NCBI GenBank assembly: GCA_013239625.1
Contig: MU054323.1
Location: 15,814,029 to 15,878,028, forward strand
Direction of reading: 5' to 3'
DNA: 64,000 bases
Source of the DNA: Lama guanicoe
Lineage: Eukaryota
Part shown: positions 1-12,500 of the stretch, piece after piece
How positions within the stretch are numbered: the stretch's first letter is position 1
Layout: each line of letters opens with the position of its first letter
Position numbers and translations under genes: made by a program
Notes under the pieces: model-generated
The model's database searches: none
The model's input: the letters and a program-made list of their open reading frames with translations, nothing else
Told to the model about the DNA's origin: nothing

Positions 1-264
1 ACGTACAACATGAAACAAGTCCAATAGTTCACTATCCTTTGTTTTTCACTATACAGAAAAACGTGACTAAAAAGAAAGTTGGCTTTCCTCATTTCATACT
101 TCATGCTAATTACCCAAATTATTTCTATCAACTATTAAAACACGTATAACACGTGATTTTGAACAATGCCAGTTGCATTCAAAATAAAATTGGTTAATTC
201 TATAGACTGGAGGAATATGGAAAATTTCAAATGAAAATGGTTTTACAACTGTAAAATGAGCCTA

Positions 265-500
265 TATGAGGCAAAATTAATATGTGGTGTTAGAACTAAG
301 GGATTACTTCTGGAGAAAAGGGAAGGGGTAGAGTTGGAAGGCAGCACAATCAGGACTTCTAGGCCCTGGATATGTTCTGCTTCGTGACCTAGGCAGTGGT
401 GACACGGCTGGGTTCGCTTTGAGATATTCACTGAGCTGCACCCTTATGACTTCAGCAGCTTTCTGTAGGTATATGTTATATTTCATTCAAAAATATTTAT
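265..500 (+). mobile_element. Old L1 (L1ME-like) 3' UTR fragment
   Basis: Typical L1M 3' end sequence (..gggtagagttggaagg..tatatgttatatttcattcaaaaa). Confidence 0.6.
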
Positions 501-1875
501 TTCAAATAAATTTTTTAAAGTGTTGGTTCTAACACTTTATTAGCTGCCAAATGTGCTTCAAGATGTCAGATTTACTTTGTGAGAAATTTAAATATCTTTA
601 TTTTATAACCCTCTATTTTACACCAATCCAATTCCTTAGGTCACCATCAGAAGAACCAGTTAAAAGCAAAATGCTAATGCAAATTATTGTCACAAACTGT
701 CGGAGATAAACTTTAAGTAGTTTTCTAGAGGTAATTACTTCACTGATGACAAACATTTATGAGTTTAGATGAATTTAGTAGTTTAAACTTCAGTTGCTAA
801 AGAAGTAAATTAACTTTTTCTTAAAAGAAACAAGTCAACTGTATTAATCAGTACACGTAGAAAACAGATTTATAAGATGTTTTTCAGCTTTACACTCAAT
901 CATATAATTTTAGATTCAATAAAAGTATCTGAAGAAATGACATAAAAGTTATGTGCTTTTAAAAACAGTGGGAGAAATTCTACTTAAAATCCTTATGAGA
1001 ATAAAGTAGAGTACAAATTAAGGCATTTTCAAACCACCATACAAGAAAAGTGTAATAATAAAAATCAATCTTACCAAATCATACTACATATCCTCTGAGG
1101 GGTTCAAACAACTCTAAACATTTACTAATGAAGAATAGGGATTGTTTAATTTAGAAGAGCAATTTTCATGCCACAATTTCAACCAAATGATTCAAGGTGA
1201 GACTATAAGGCCGGGTCTTCAGCATGGTGTTTTTTTGTTTTATTTGCATTTTTACTATTTCCAGATAACTCTATTCAGGTGTGAAATAAAAATGACTCTT
1301 CCACAAAAACTAAGATTCGTGGATCTGGCCACACACATTGTTTGGGCTAATTCAACTAACATTCTAGGAGTGGCCAAGTAAAACATGAAAACAAAGGAAG
1401 GCAACAACTCCTTCAATATACACCAGTGGCTAAGCCAGCAGATTTGAGGGCCAAAGAGAGCGGTCACCAATGCGCACAACTATCACTAACTGCTAAGAGT
1501 ACTTAGAACTTAACGACTGTCGGTCATGCCTCTATCTGATAACTAAACATTACTAGCTCTAAACGGCTTTTACAAAATTATTTAACTATGCCTCTTAAAC
1601 GTGGTACTGACTTATGAATTATTACAATAAAAAGAAAGTAAAAAACTTATACAGCACACACAGGCTATGGGAGCTTTTCCTGAAACTGGACTTGAGACCA
1701 AGTAGCATCAATCACAGGCAATTAAATATACAATATATAGCTTAAGTATGTTTTTTACTTCTAAAAAATTTGCACTGAGAAGGAAGACTTGGTATCAATA
1801 TTATAGATCGTAAGTTAGACATTCAATGCTTCAATTTTAAGGTTCTTAAAGTTTTTTTCCAGAATCTGAAAAAAA

Positions 1876-1973
1876 TATATATATGCATTTATATGTGTAA
1901 CTGAATCACTTTGTGGTACATCTGAAACTAACATTGTAAATCAACTACACTTCAATAAAAAAATTTAAAAAAA
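1876..1973 (+). mobile_element. L1 extreme 3' end stub
   Basis: aactgaatcactttg..tacatctgaaactaacattgtaaatcaactacacttcaataaaaaaa; laurasiatherian L1 terminus with A tail. Confidence 0.75.
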
Positions 1974-3419
1974 TTTTTCCTATCAATCTTTTTTTTTTTT
2001 TTTACATTTGTCATTTAGTACATATTCTACCTCTATTATTAGACTTCTGTAAGATGAAGTCTCTGATAAAACTCTTCTGGAGTTATTATTAGAATAAGAA
2101 AAAACTAACTTTCCTTCCTATCTACACCTAATCTTAGGATAAATGAAATTGACTAAAATTCTCACATCTATAGTGTCAACTGAATGAAACTCCTAGTAAA
2201 TAACAAACATACCTATTGAGGCCCATGACTTCACATCTTAATTCAAAATGCATGTGGCAACATCAAATAACCTGTTCATCTAGAAAGTAAGGGTATAATG
2301 TGTGGTTCTCATTTAATGCAGGTAATGAATTCCCAGTATACTATTATTAACTCTAACAAATGACTAAACATGTAATGGTAAAAAAACTCACTGAAAAAGT
2401 ATTCCAAGCATGAATACCTATCCACCAAGGTCTTATCAGTTTATGTCTCTCTAAAACGTAACTGAATTTAAAACCAAGAAAGAAAAACACTTATGATTTT
2501 TCTGTGGCTTTTTCCCAGGTTGTTTTGCAAATAAATAATAATTTGAAGAGGCATAGCCACTGCAAATAATTACAAGATTTAAATTCAAGGCAATTAAAAA
2601 ATTTTGGAAACTATTCATTAACTATTAACACAACTTTTATGTCATTCTGGATTTTCAGCTAATATAAATATATACTTTAAAATAAATATCCACACATAAG
2701 CATTTTATACATTTATAAATAAATAGATAAATCAGAACTTGTGTCTAAAAGACACAACAAATATATACCACAAGATTGCACTATAAAAAACTGGGGACAA
2801 TCGAAATATTGGAATGGCTAAGCATCATCTAAAATAGAATAGTAATCTTAAAATTATAATTGTGAAGATGATTTTTATGATTTTATATTAAGCAAATAAA
2901 ACAAAACTGAAATATTCTACATAATTGACTATAACTCTGTAAAAGTATATGCACATAGACAAGGACTGAAAGGGAACAAGGAAAAATAGAAAGTAGAAAA
3001 CGTGACTAGACCTTCAGGTATCTTTTTCCCTTTATCATTTACTAATGGTAAACTGCTTAAATTTTGAAAATATGTGAGTCTCAATGTAAACATTTACTAC
3101 CTATTTATAGACTTCATTTTCTCACTGTTGGAATGGCATAATTAGGACTATCTTTATATACATCAAATACATGGCTCTGTGGAGCTAGAGGATGTTCTAA
3201 ACTATAATTTAGAGTTGGTTAAGTTTATGCATCCTTTTTCAAGTCCTAAAGATTATAGTTGGAATCAAAACCCTTTGAATATAAGAAAGCCTACATATGG
3301 AGAATATTAAGTAGTTCAAACATTTGTACAATAAAATTTTTATCTTTGAGTCCTAATAACTGAATTCAGACAAGAACATCCAAGTGCTTTCTGTGCTCTA
3401 GGATATCTAAAATACTTGC

Positions 3420-3563
3420 CTTCATCTGCCCTATTTATTTCATGTTCAGGAAGCCTGGAGCTGCTGGGTCTGGAAGGTGAGCCCACAGATGGCTGCAAGG
3501 AGGGAAGTTCATCAACATCTCTCAAATTAGCAAGCATATCTTGTAGTTTTGACCTATTGGGCC
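3420..3563 (-). CDS. STRN: STRN exon 9 (RPNRSKLQDMLANLRDVDELPSLQPSVGSPSRPSSSRLPEHEINRADE)
   Basis: Acceptor long pyrimidine tract + ggggctag|GG; donor AAG|gcaagt (GC donor); 144 nt; lies within ORF 3340..3573(-). Confidence 0.95.
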
Positions 3564-6500
3564 CTAGCCCCAAAAAAGGGAGGGAGAGAACAAAAAAGAG
3601 GAAACAGAATTATCCAACTGCATCAAAATGGTGCCATAAACCTTATTCACATCTGCCAACATTCAGCTTTAAAAAAGTAATTATTTTCTAAGTTTCAAAT
3701 TGTTTTGAAAGTTTATTATTTCTTAAAAAGAATTATGTTTTACGTATATTTTAAAAAGTAAGCTAATGAAATAACATTACTATTTGCATAAAAAAAGTTT
3801 ATGTGCAATTTGGATCATTAAAAATAGTATTATTTATAATCCTTGTATACTTTTCTAAACGTAGACAGATACCATAGACCGTGAAACCACTGCGTACTGA
3901 ATTAAAGTCACATCCCTTTTTGTTTGTTTACATTCATTGCCTTACATCCTGAAGCTATGGTACCCAAGGTGAAATCTCACACCCTGAAGCTATGGTACCC
4001 GAGTTGAAATCTCATGCCCTGCTGATTACTTACCAATACTTTGATGCTTCATTCTCCCACATCCCTGTTTTGACTGTTTTATATAGGATAGAGGCTGAAA
4101 CAGATCTTCGGTAGTTTTTCCTGTTATAAGTTTAATTAAGAATGGGAAAATCTTACCCATAGTCCATTATGTTTTTTTTTCCCTATACCAGAAAACTATT
4201 TTTAAGCAATTTTAACTAATACCTAGAAATATATTTCAAGATAGTATGACTGGAGAACACAATCTGACTGGAAATATTTCTACTAGACCGTATTACAAAG
4301 ACTCAATCTTTTCCAATAAGTAATAGTTCAATTTAAAAAATACCTATGGTGGTTTATAAATTAATGCTCCATATATCAACCCAAAGTTTTGCTTCAGTTC
4401 TATTTTCAGGTCTTTCAGTTCTATTTTTATCTTGTCTTCACTTTTTCCAAGACTACCGTTTTATCAAGATAACCTGAACTGACGATGATTAAAAAAAACT
4501 GTGCTGAACCTTAATGTATAGTCTCTCTCTCTTCAGTGAAAGACATTAAAATTTCTCCCCCTAAAGAATCATTTTTCTTCGCCATAATAAAAAACTATGT
4601 GCTATACGCCTGAATAGTGATCATAATACCCAGATTCAGGAAACCCAATAGCTTCTATTAGCATGAATACTATTCCAGTCAAATGGTGCAGTTTTAGACC
4701 TTAACTGCTAAATCCCAACTACAGCAGTGCCTTGGTATTTGACAAGAAGTGAATAATCAATACAACAGCAGATGGATTCTACATAAGTCCTGGATACTTT
4801 TCCAACCCAAAGCTCTTTTACATTTCAAGACGTTCATTACATTATGGCACTATGACTTCAAGAAATATCCCAACTTTAAGTCAATGTGACAATTAAAATA
4901 CTCTTCTTGTTTCTTGTGTATGACAGATAAATACCCCTCAAAATATCAGTTTAACTGGTTTTATCATGGCTCTGAAAAGCCATAACAAACCATGTCTCAC
5001 TATTGTTTATTACAGTTAAATTTTTCATAGTATTTCTTAATAAAAAGTACAAAATGTTCTTTTGTTTTAGTATTAATCTTTCTCACTGTGATTTAATTTA
5101 TACTGAGAAGGAATCAAATGATATTCTCTTTCAGTTACATAATGGTTGGTACAATAGTAACATCAATAATGGCCACTGACTTTTTATTCATTCAAGCTGA
5201 GTACTTGTAAATTCTAAGATTTTTAAATAAAGATTTAAATGTTTATCAGTATGGGATTTTAAAATGCAGAATACATAAACAAGATTATACTGTATAGCAC
5301 AAGGAAATATATATAAGATCTTGCGGTAGCTCATAGCAAAAAAAAATGTGACAATGAATATATGTATGTTCATGTATAACTGAAAAATTGTGCTCTACAC
5401 TAGAATTTGACACAACATTGTAAAATGACTATTACTCAATAAAAAAAAGTAAAGAAAAAACCCTGAAAAAAAATGTTTATCAGTAAGTACTAGGCTGTAA
5501 AAGAATAACTGGCCTTTGATAAACCTTAGCATCACTATAAAAAAAAAGGGGGAAAAAAGCATATCCTTCCAATATTTTGCAATTTTAAGTACATGCCTTA
5601 TTAAACTGGACTTTAATCTCACTTTACACTATTTTAATAACCCACAGGATGAAATTCCTATTGCCATAGAAGGGAGACCCATGTCCATCCTGAAATGACA
5701 GTGGTGGCACAAGGGGATAATGTGGCCTTACTCTCCTAAATAGGTGTTTAGGGTGGCTTTCAGGGATGTTTGAAAGCTTTTATAATTCCATTTTATATAC
5801 TTAACTAGATCTACTGCTAAACTTTATTAATAATGTGCATGAGTTATCTGATTCAGGGGGCTAGAAACTCCACCTTAGTTTCCATTTTTGATGTGGCACA
5901 TATTTTACTGAAAAGAAAAAAAAACCTAATTGGTAATATTATAAATTGGCCAAAAGCTTAAATTAGAAAAATAAATACTTTTAAAAGTTGTGTACTTGAC
6001 TCTGTGCCCTGTATAGCATATAGTGATGAGAGTAAATGAACTGTGAACACACAGAATAGTCAGGGGTAGAAATTAACTTTCTGTCTCCAAGACCTGAAAT
6101 TAAAAGCAATAATTTTGTTGGACTGTGAGAGGGTCACACTAGATGAGATTTTAAATTGTCAACAGTGAAAAACCATTGCTGTAATTAAGAATATATAATT
6201 TTAAAAATCAAATTATCACAATGGTTGAATACATAGTTTCACACTCTCATGAGGCTCTCGATTTATTACTGGGCTATATTATAATTTGCTAATTACATGC
6301 ACAGCTTTTTTTTTTTTAAGTTCATAATCAAACAGCTAACCACTTAATTTCAACCCCTGAAAGCAGGTGACAAGGAAAGAAGTCAGGAGCAGAAAAGAAA
6401 AAGAGTAAGTAGTTTTAGGAAAACATTGGAAAAAAAAATTGGGGGACACAAAGAGGCAAGATTTATGATTTACAGATACAATGTTTTCCACTTACTCTTC

Positions 6501-9500
6501 ACCCCCTTTTTCCCCTTTCTCTCCTTTTTGTATTGTTCCTTGAGTTTGGTAATTACTCCCTGGTCCACATTCCAAGCTTCAGGCATGAGACACTGGTCTT
6601 CCTTTTCTAAACAGAGTGAAACAAATGAAACAGCCTTTTTCAATAAAGTATTGAACACTCTAAGTCAATTCACTGTTATTTCAATGAATGACATACCATT
6701 TTCTTCATAGTATTACTAATTTTAAAAAGTTATTGCTTATTCATTAGAGATATGTCACACAAAATATAACATCTAAGAAACAGTGATCAACTCAATTTCC
6801 TAGGCAATAACATTATATTTCTTTTCAAAGAGACATAAGGAAAAAAACCTGCAAGATTTTAGTGACTTTTAGTAAATTAAACCCCAGAACTCATTTTCAT
6901 TCCATTTTCTGAATTTGATTAGAACTGACTCACAAAAAAAATTTCTTATCAATTTATGTAATGAAGATCATTAAGAGATTGTACAAAACAGTCTTCAATT
7001 TATGTAATGAAGATTATTAAGAGATTTTACAAAATAGTCTTCAATGATCTTTTCATTTAATAAATTTTATATATTTGGCATATACTTATCAGCAAAAGAT
7101 CATTTTTATTTTATAGGCTTTATAAACAGCACTCTGTAAACTTATCAACCAACCTGGCATTCAAAATTTAAAACAACTTAAGTGACCTGTTAATTTATAA
7201 ATTCTTAAAACAGGAAACTGAGTTTCTAGTAGAAAGAAATTCAATTGTTAACTTCCACTATTTCAGGTGTAGAAAATTTAAAAAGTAAATGATGCTATAT
7301 ATTTTATAATTACTATAATTTACTATATACTATATAGTGTTACATGTGTTACCTCAGAACTCTCACTTGAACTCAAGACATATATTCAACTGCTCAACCT
7401 ACATTTCCATTAGGAAGTCTAATAGATATCTCAAACTAAACAAACAAAACCAAATTCTCAATCTTTCCATCCAATTTGTTCTATCTATAGGGTCCCCCAT
7501 TTTATTTGATGGCCAAGTCTACACTTTCATTTGCTCAGACCAAAAACATCCTTTTCTTTTACACCCCATATCAAATATTTCAGGAAATACTGTTTTCTCT
7601 ACCTTTAAAACACATCAGATTCTTACTACTTCTTAGCAGATCCACTACTTCTCTAATCTTTCTGACTCATGCTAGAATTACTGCAATAGTTTTCTCCTCT
7701 CCCCACCAAGTCTTTGCCAACACTGATTGCCCTGGGTAGTCTATTCTCAACACAGTAGCCAGAGTGATGCTTTAAAATAAAAGTTGGATCATGTCAGCCT
7801 TCTGGGTCAAATCCTTCTCATGGCTCCCCATCTCACAACATAGCCCCACTGATTTGATCATTTCCCTTTAGAATCACTCTGCTCCAGCCACTCTAGCTTC
7901 CTAATTCCTCAAGCAACACACCAGGGCAATTGTTCTGGTTTTCTTCTTCCTGAACATTCCTTCCCAGATACCATGTGGCTAACTCCCTCATCAATATCAT
8001 CTTTTGTTCAAATGTTACCCTCTCAATGGGGCTTACCATAATCAATCTATTTCACATTTTTACTTGTCCCCTCCAACCCTGCCCACACCTTAGCACCCTC
8101 TATCCCCCGGACTCTGTTCTACTTTTCCTATTTCCCACAGCATTTATCACATTCTGACATACTATATCATTTATGTTTATCGCTTACTGTCTATTATCCT
8201 CTTAGTAGAATACAGGACCACAGGAATAGGGAACGTCACCTAGAATACTTGGTACATAGGAAGCATGTGATCAATATTTGTTGAATGATTGGAATAAACC
8301 AAAATGAACCAGAATAAAAAGACATATGTCTATTTTTTAACAAGCTTCAATTCACACTTAAAAAAAACCAGATAACTGGGCATCTGAATATACTACATAC
8401 AATTTTAAAAACTCAACGCTTTTATAGATCGATCAATATTCTACTATCAATAACAGAAATAGCCTCTATTTTTTCCAGAAAAATCTAACAATCAAAAATG
8501 TTAAATTTTATCAATCACATCTTAATAATAAATTAAACCGAGTAGCTTTTGGATCCTAGAATGTCTTCAGGGCTTTAAAGTAAAAATTAACCTTATACTC
8601 TTAACTAGATTCATAACAACAATAGTAATGGAAGATCACAGAAGGTGGTGGGTGGTAAAATCTATTGGTTTGCCAGAAACTAAGGAGATTCTTAACATAA
8701 GCACAGTAACTCTCTTTTCAGAGGGGTGGGAAAAAGGTAAAGGAAGTCCTTAAAATGATTTAAATGTCCATTCAGCTAAACAGGATTTGCAATCTAGTTT
8801 TATTAATTGGTTAAAAGTGAAATCCTTGAATTTAAATTATAAAATTCTTAACATGTACAAAGCCAAACTCCTGGTAAAGAAACCTCCAGTTGTGGGAGGG
8901 TATAGTTCAGTGGTAGAGCGCATGCTTAGCATGTACGAGGTCCTGGGTTCAATGCTCAGTACCTCCATTACATAAACAAATAAACAAGCAAACAAAGAAA
9001 CCTAATTACCACCCCCCCAGATGTTTTTTAAAATTTACATGTGAATGGGAGGAGGAGGAGGAGGAGGAGAACTCCATCAACTGAAAGATTCCATTAACTC
9101 ATACTCGGAGAGAGAAATATCCAGTACACTACTGAAGAGTGGGACAGCTCAGATGTGAGAACACTCACTCATTTTCACCTGTAACTTCGTAGCAGGCTAC
9201 ACACCTGTATCATACAATACTCTTAGCCACAACTCACACCTTAAAGCAAAGGAAGTTATACAAGGGACAGTGCAGCTGTCTTTGGAGAAAAATGAATCTC
9301 AATTATCCTTGCAATAAGGCTGGTAATGAAAAGGTCAACTATTATCTACACATACGTGTGACTTCTCAGAGAAAGACCTCAGTGTAGCACAGTGGGTCTT
9401 AGCTATATTGGAAGAACTGTTGCCTAAATATCTGAATGACTTGATATATAAGCTTAGTAAGTAATAAGACAGGAGAGAGACTCTTTTCATTTTAACTTCC

Positions 9501-12500
9501 CCTGGTTTCCAAATTGTTCTGCTGAAGAAAAAAAAAGGCCAATCACTAAATAAGCCATTATATTCCTCAAAGACTAAGAAATTATCCCTAATAAATATCT
9601 GTCACAAAAAAAGACTTAGAAAGTATTCTGTTGGGGGGAAAACGGTTCCCATTACTATTTCTATTGTCCCAACAGTAGGAAATATTTGGCACAAAAAAGG
9701 AAAAGAAGTGGCATTAGCGCTTTCAGAGTACCTGAAGGTAAAGCCTTGAGGAAAAATTAAGATAGTTATCGATTCTCTAACCTTATCTGTCTTTAAAGTA
9801 CATACAATGTAAGCTAAGGGAAGTCTTCTGAAATTCTTCAACCTCAGGAGAAATTTTTCTCTCATTCTCAGTATCTGTCTCTCTCTCTGTCTCTCTCTCT
9901 CTTACTCACACACAAACACACACCTGACAGAATTAGTCACTCTGAAGAATTTATCACAATCCTACCTTACTGATAGTGACGATTCATTTCCAAACTCCTA
10001 GAATGATCAATGCTGTAAAAGTTTTCCCCCAAATACCTGTTTTAACTCTTGTTAGATGTTTAAAATATTAAATTTGTTTAGAACAATTTGTGCAAAAAAA
10101 AACTCTATGCCTTGTACAAAGATGATGAAATGTGACTAAAATGAATGAATAACTATAATTTTCTAATTTATACGTTTTTGGACAGAAGATGTCAGAGATG
10201 AGATCTCGCAAATTCTTTATTACATTCTCATATTCAATTTCCACAAAATCCAGATTTGAAAGTTCTACTGTCTGGGCAGAAAACAGAGGACATTCTGTTT
10301 ATGAATTCAAATTATATTTGTACTGTATTGCTTATGTTTAAAAAAAAGATATGGTAACTAGATATACAACTTTCTTTAAACACACACACACCCTGGAAAA
10401 AAGGTGACAACAGTAAAAAGTTCACAGGATTTTCAACATTATAAAAGATTTAAAGTGTTCTTCAAGATGTCACCCTGGTAAAATACTGGTTTGTTTATTT
10501 ACAGAACATCTCTGGTTGGATCCAAAATGCTTGCTTACCCCAGTCTGTTCCATCGCCTGCGCTTCTAGACTCATTGTCTCCTTCCTCTGATGTAACCAAG
10601 AAGTCAAATTCCTTTAGAGCTTCTTTTGTATCTCGATCTTCGCTGGAATCGGGCAATACTTTTTTCCTAACAATCTAATGAAAAAACATGCTAAGTTAAA
10701 ATATTAGGATACATGATGGAATTAATTTAAGTAAAGGAGACAATATCCCTTCACCATTGAAAGAGAAAACCCAATTATTATTTTCTTCAGAAAATGCATC
10801 TTTGTTGTATTAAACAACTGTAATACCTACCCAATTCTGTGGAAAACACAGATGTCATTTTAAAAAGATACATATTATACATTTTAAAGGAGTAATTTAA
10901 ACTTTGTTCAATGATGGCTTATTCGTTTTAAATAAACTAATGGAATCATATATAGAAAATACTGGAGTATAAGACATGCATTTAAATTACATATAGATGA
11001 AAAATGTCCCTGACATACTGTACTATGAGAACCACAACCAAATCTTACATGGATGCAGTCTGTGTAGCGTGTAGATGTTCTAATCTAACCAAAGAAACAC
11101 TTCATAAAACATTGCAAGAGTTTTTCAGAATATAACCATAATAAATTTTAACCCTACTACATCATTCTCTTACAAAACCTAAAATTCCCAAAAGTACAAA
11201 CTCAGAAATGCATGTCACAAAACTTAGAAGGTATTCTATTGGGGGTGAAATGGTTCCCATCATTATTTCTAATGTCCCAAGCTTTTATCAGTTTTCTCTA
11301 ATAACTGTCTATATATTCAAATTTTTTCCTAAAACAGTGCTCTTCCAGAGACTTAGATTTAATAGCAAATCTGATAAGGGTCATTATGTCTAATTTCCAT
11401 ATATTTAGAAACATCTCTAGAATCATAAATCCACTTGAAGGATTAAAACTTAGGCTTAAGGCATATAGAGACAATTTTTTAGATCTATATGCCAATACTC
11501 TTTATAAATTATCTCCTTTTCGGTCTGCCACCACCGGGAGCCCAAACAAATTAGGATGACTGGTTTGCAGCTTCTTTTGATAAAATGGACTCAATAACTT
11601 CTCCAGACCTCAGCTTCTTCACTTCATGCAAAACAGAAATAGTATGATTTGTTCAAACTTGACTAGCGGACTAGTGTGAGCGATTTAAAATTATAAAAGT
11701 TCAACCGACAAATCAATGGGACAGACTAGAGGGTCCAGAAATAGACTCTAAGAGACAGCAAGTATCTGACTCATGTGGACCTGTTTTCACACTCATTGAC
11801 AGGTATCAATGATCAATCACAGCACTTTCCATCTAAGACCATACACAACCTCAGAAATCCTTCTCGACACAGCACTCCAGGAAGTCACTGTCAATAGAAG
11901 AAAGCTGGCACAGTAAATGAAACCTAATCTACCTTAACTGTCCTGGTATATATCAAAACTGAAGAGGAGAAATCAAGGAGTCTTTAATGATGCTAGAAGA
12001 ACTGGTTTAACTATTTAGATTATTTCCCTAAAATCAAGAAAAACTTTTACATTTACAGCATTTCCCAATCTACCATAGTTATGTCACAAAACTAACCCCT
12101 TGGGGAAAAATCTGTTTTTAGGTCTCAAGTCCTCTGCATAACCTTACAGAGAATGAAGATAAATGTCAAGTTGCAGATCACTGACTCAAGTATCCATTTA
12201 AATAAATAAACAAAAACTACGGTGTTTTTAATGGTTAGGCATAGAAGAAAAGTGAACTATGGGTACCAACAGAGAATAGGATTTGTAAAGGGGACAGGGT
12301 GGGGCCTGTTGTAATAAGCACATGTCACTCTTCTTCCTTACACCTAAAGTTCCACTCCACTCCTACGTTCAATGAACTTACGAATCAACCTAAGAAATTA
12401 TGGCAGACACAAAAAAAGTATGGATTTCAAGAAGATTAGAAAAAGATAGACTGTCACTTTGAAAACCATTAGGAGAAGCATAACACAAATGGGGATGAGA

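Noticed and set aside
1..3419. STRN exon 10
   Set aside because: No segment encoding the expected continuation (VEALTFPP..) was found; it must lie left of the window.
5686..5768. Possible hairpin/ncRNA (catcctgaaa ... tttcagggatg)
   Set aside because: Only about 10 imperfect base pairs with a long unpaired interior; within chance expectation.
8896..8967. Functional tRNA-Ala gene
   Set aside because: Stem mismatches, an imperfect B box, and a 3' body shared with two other dispersed copies indicate a SINE.
11500..11700. Possible cryptic exon or pseudogene fragment (CpG-containing patch; minus strand EVKKLRSGEVIESILSKEAANQSS*)
   Set aside because: The translation is unrecognisable and stops early; most of it is explained by a decayed MIR core.
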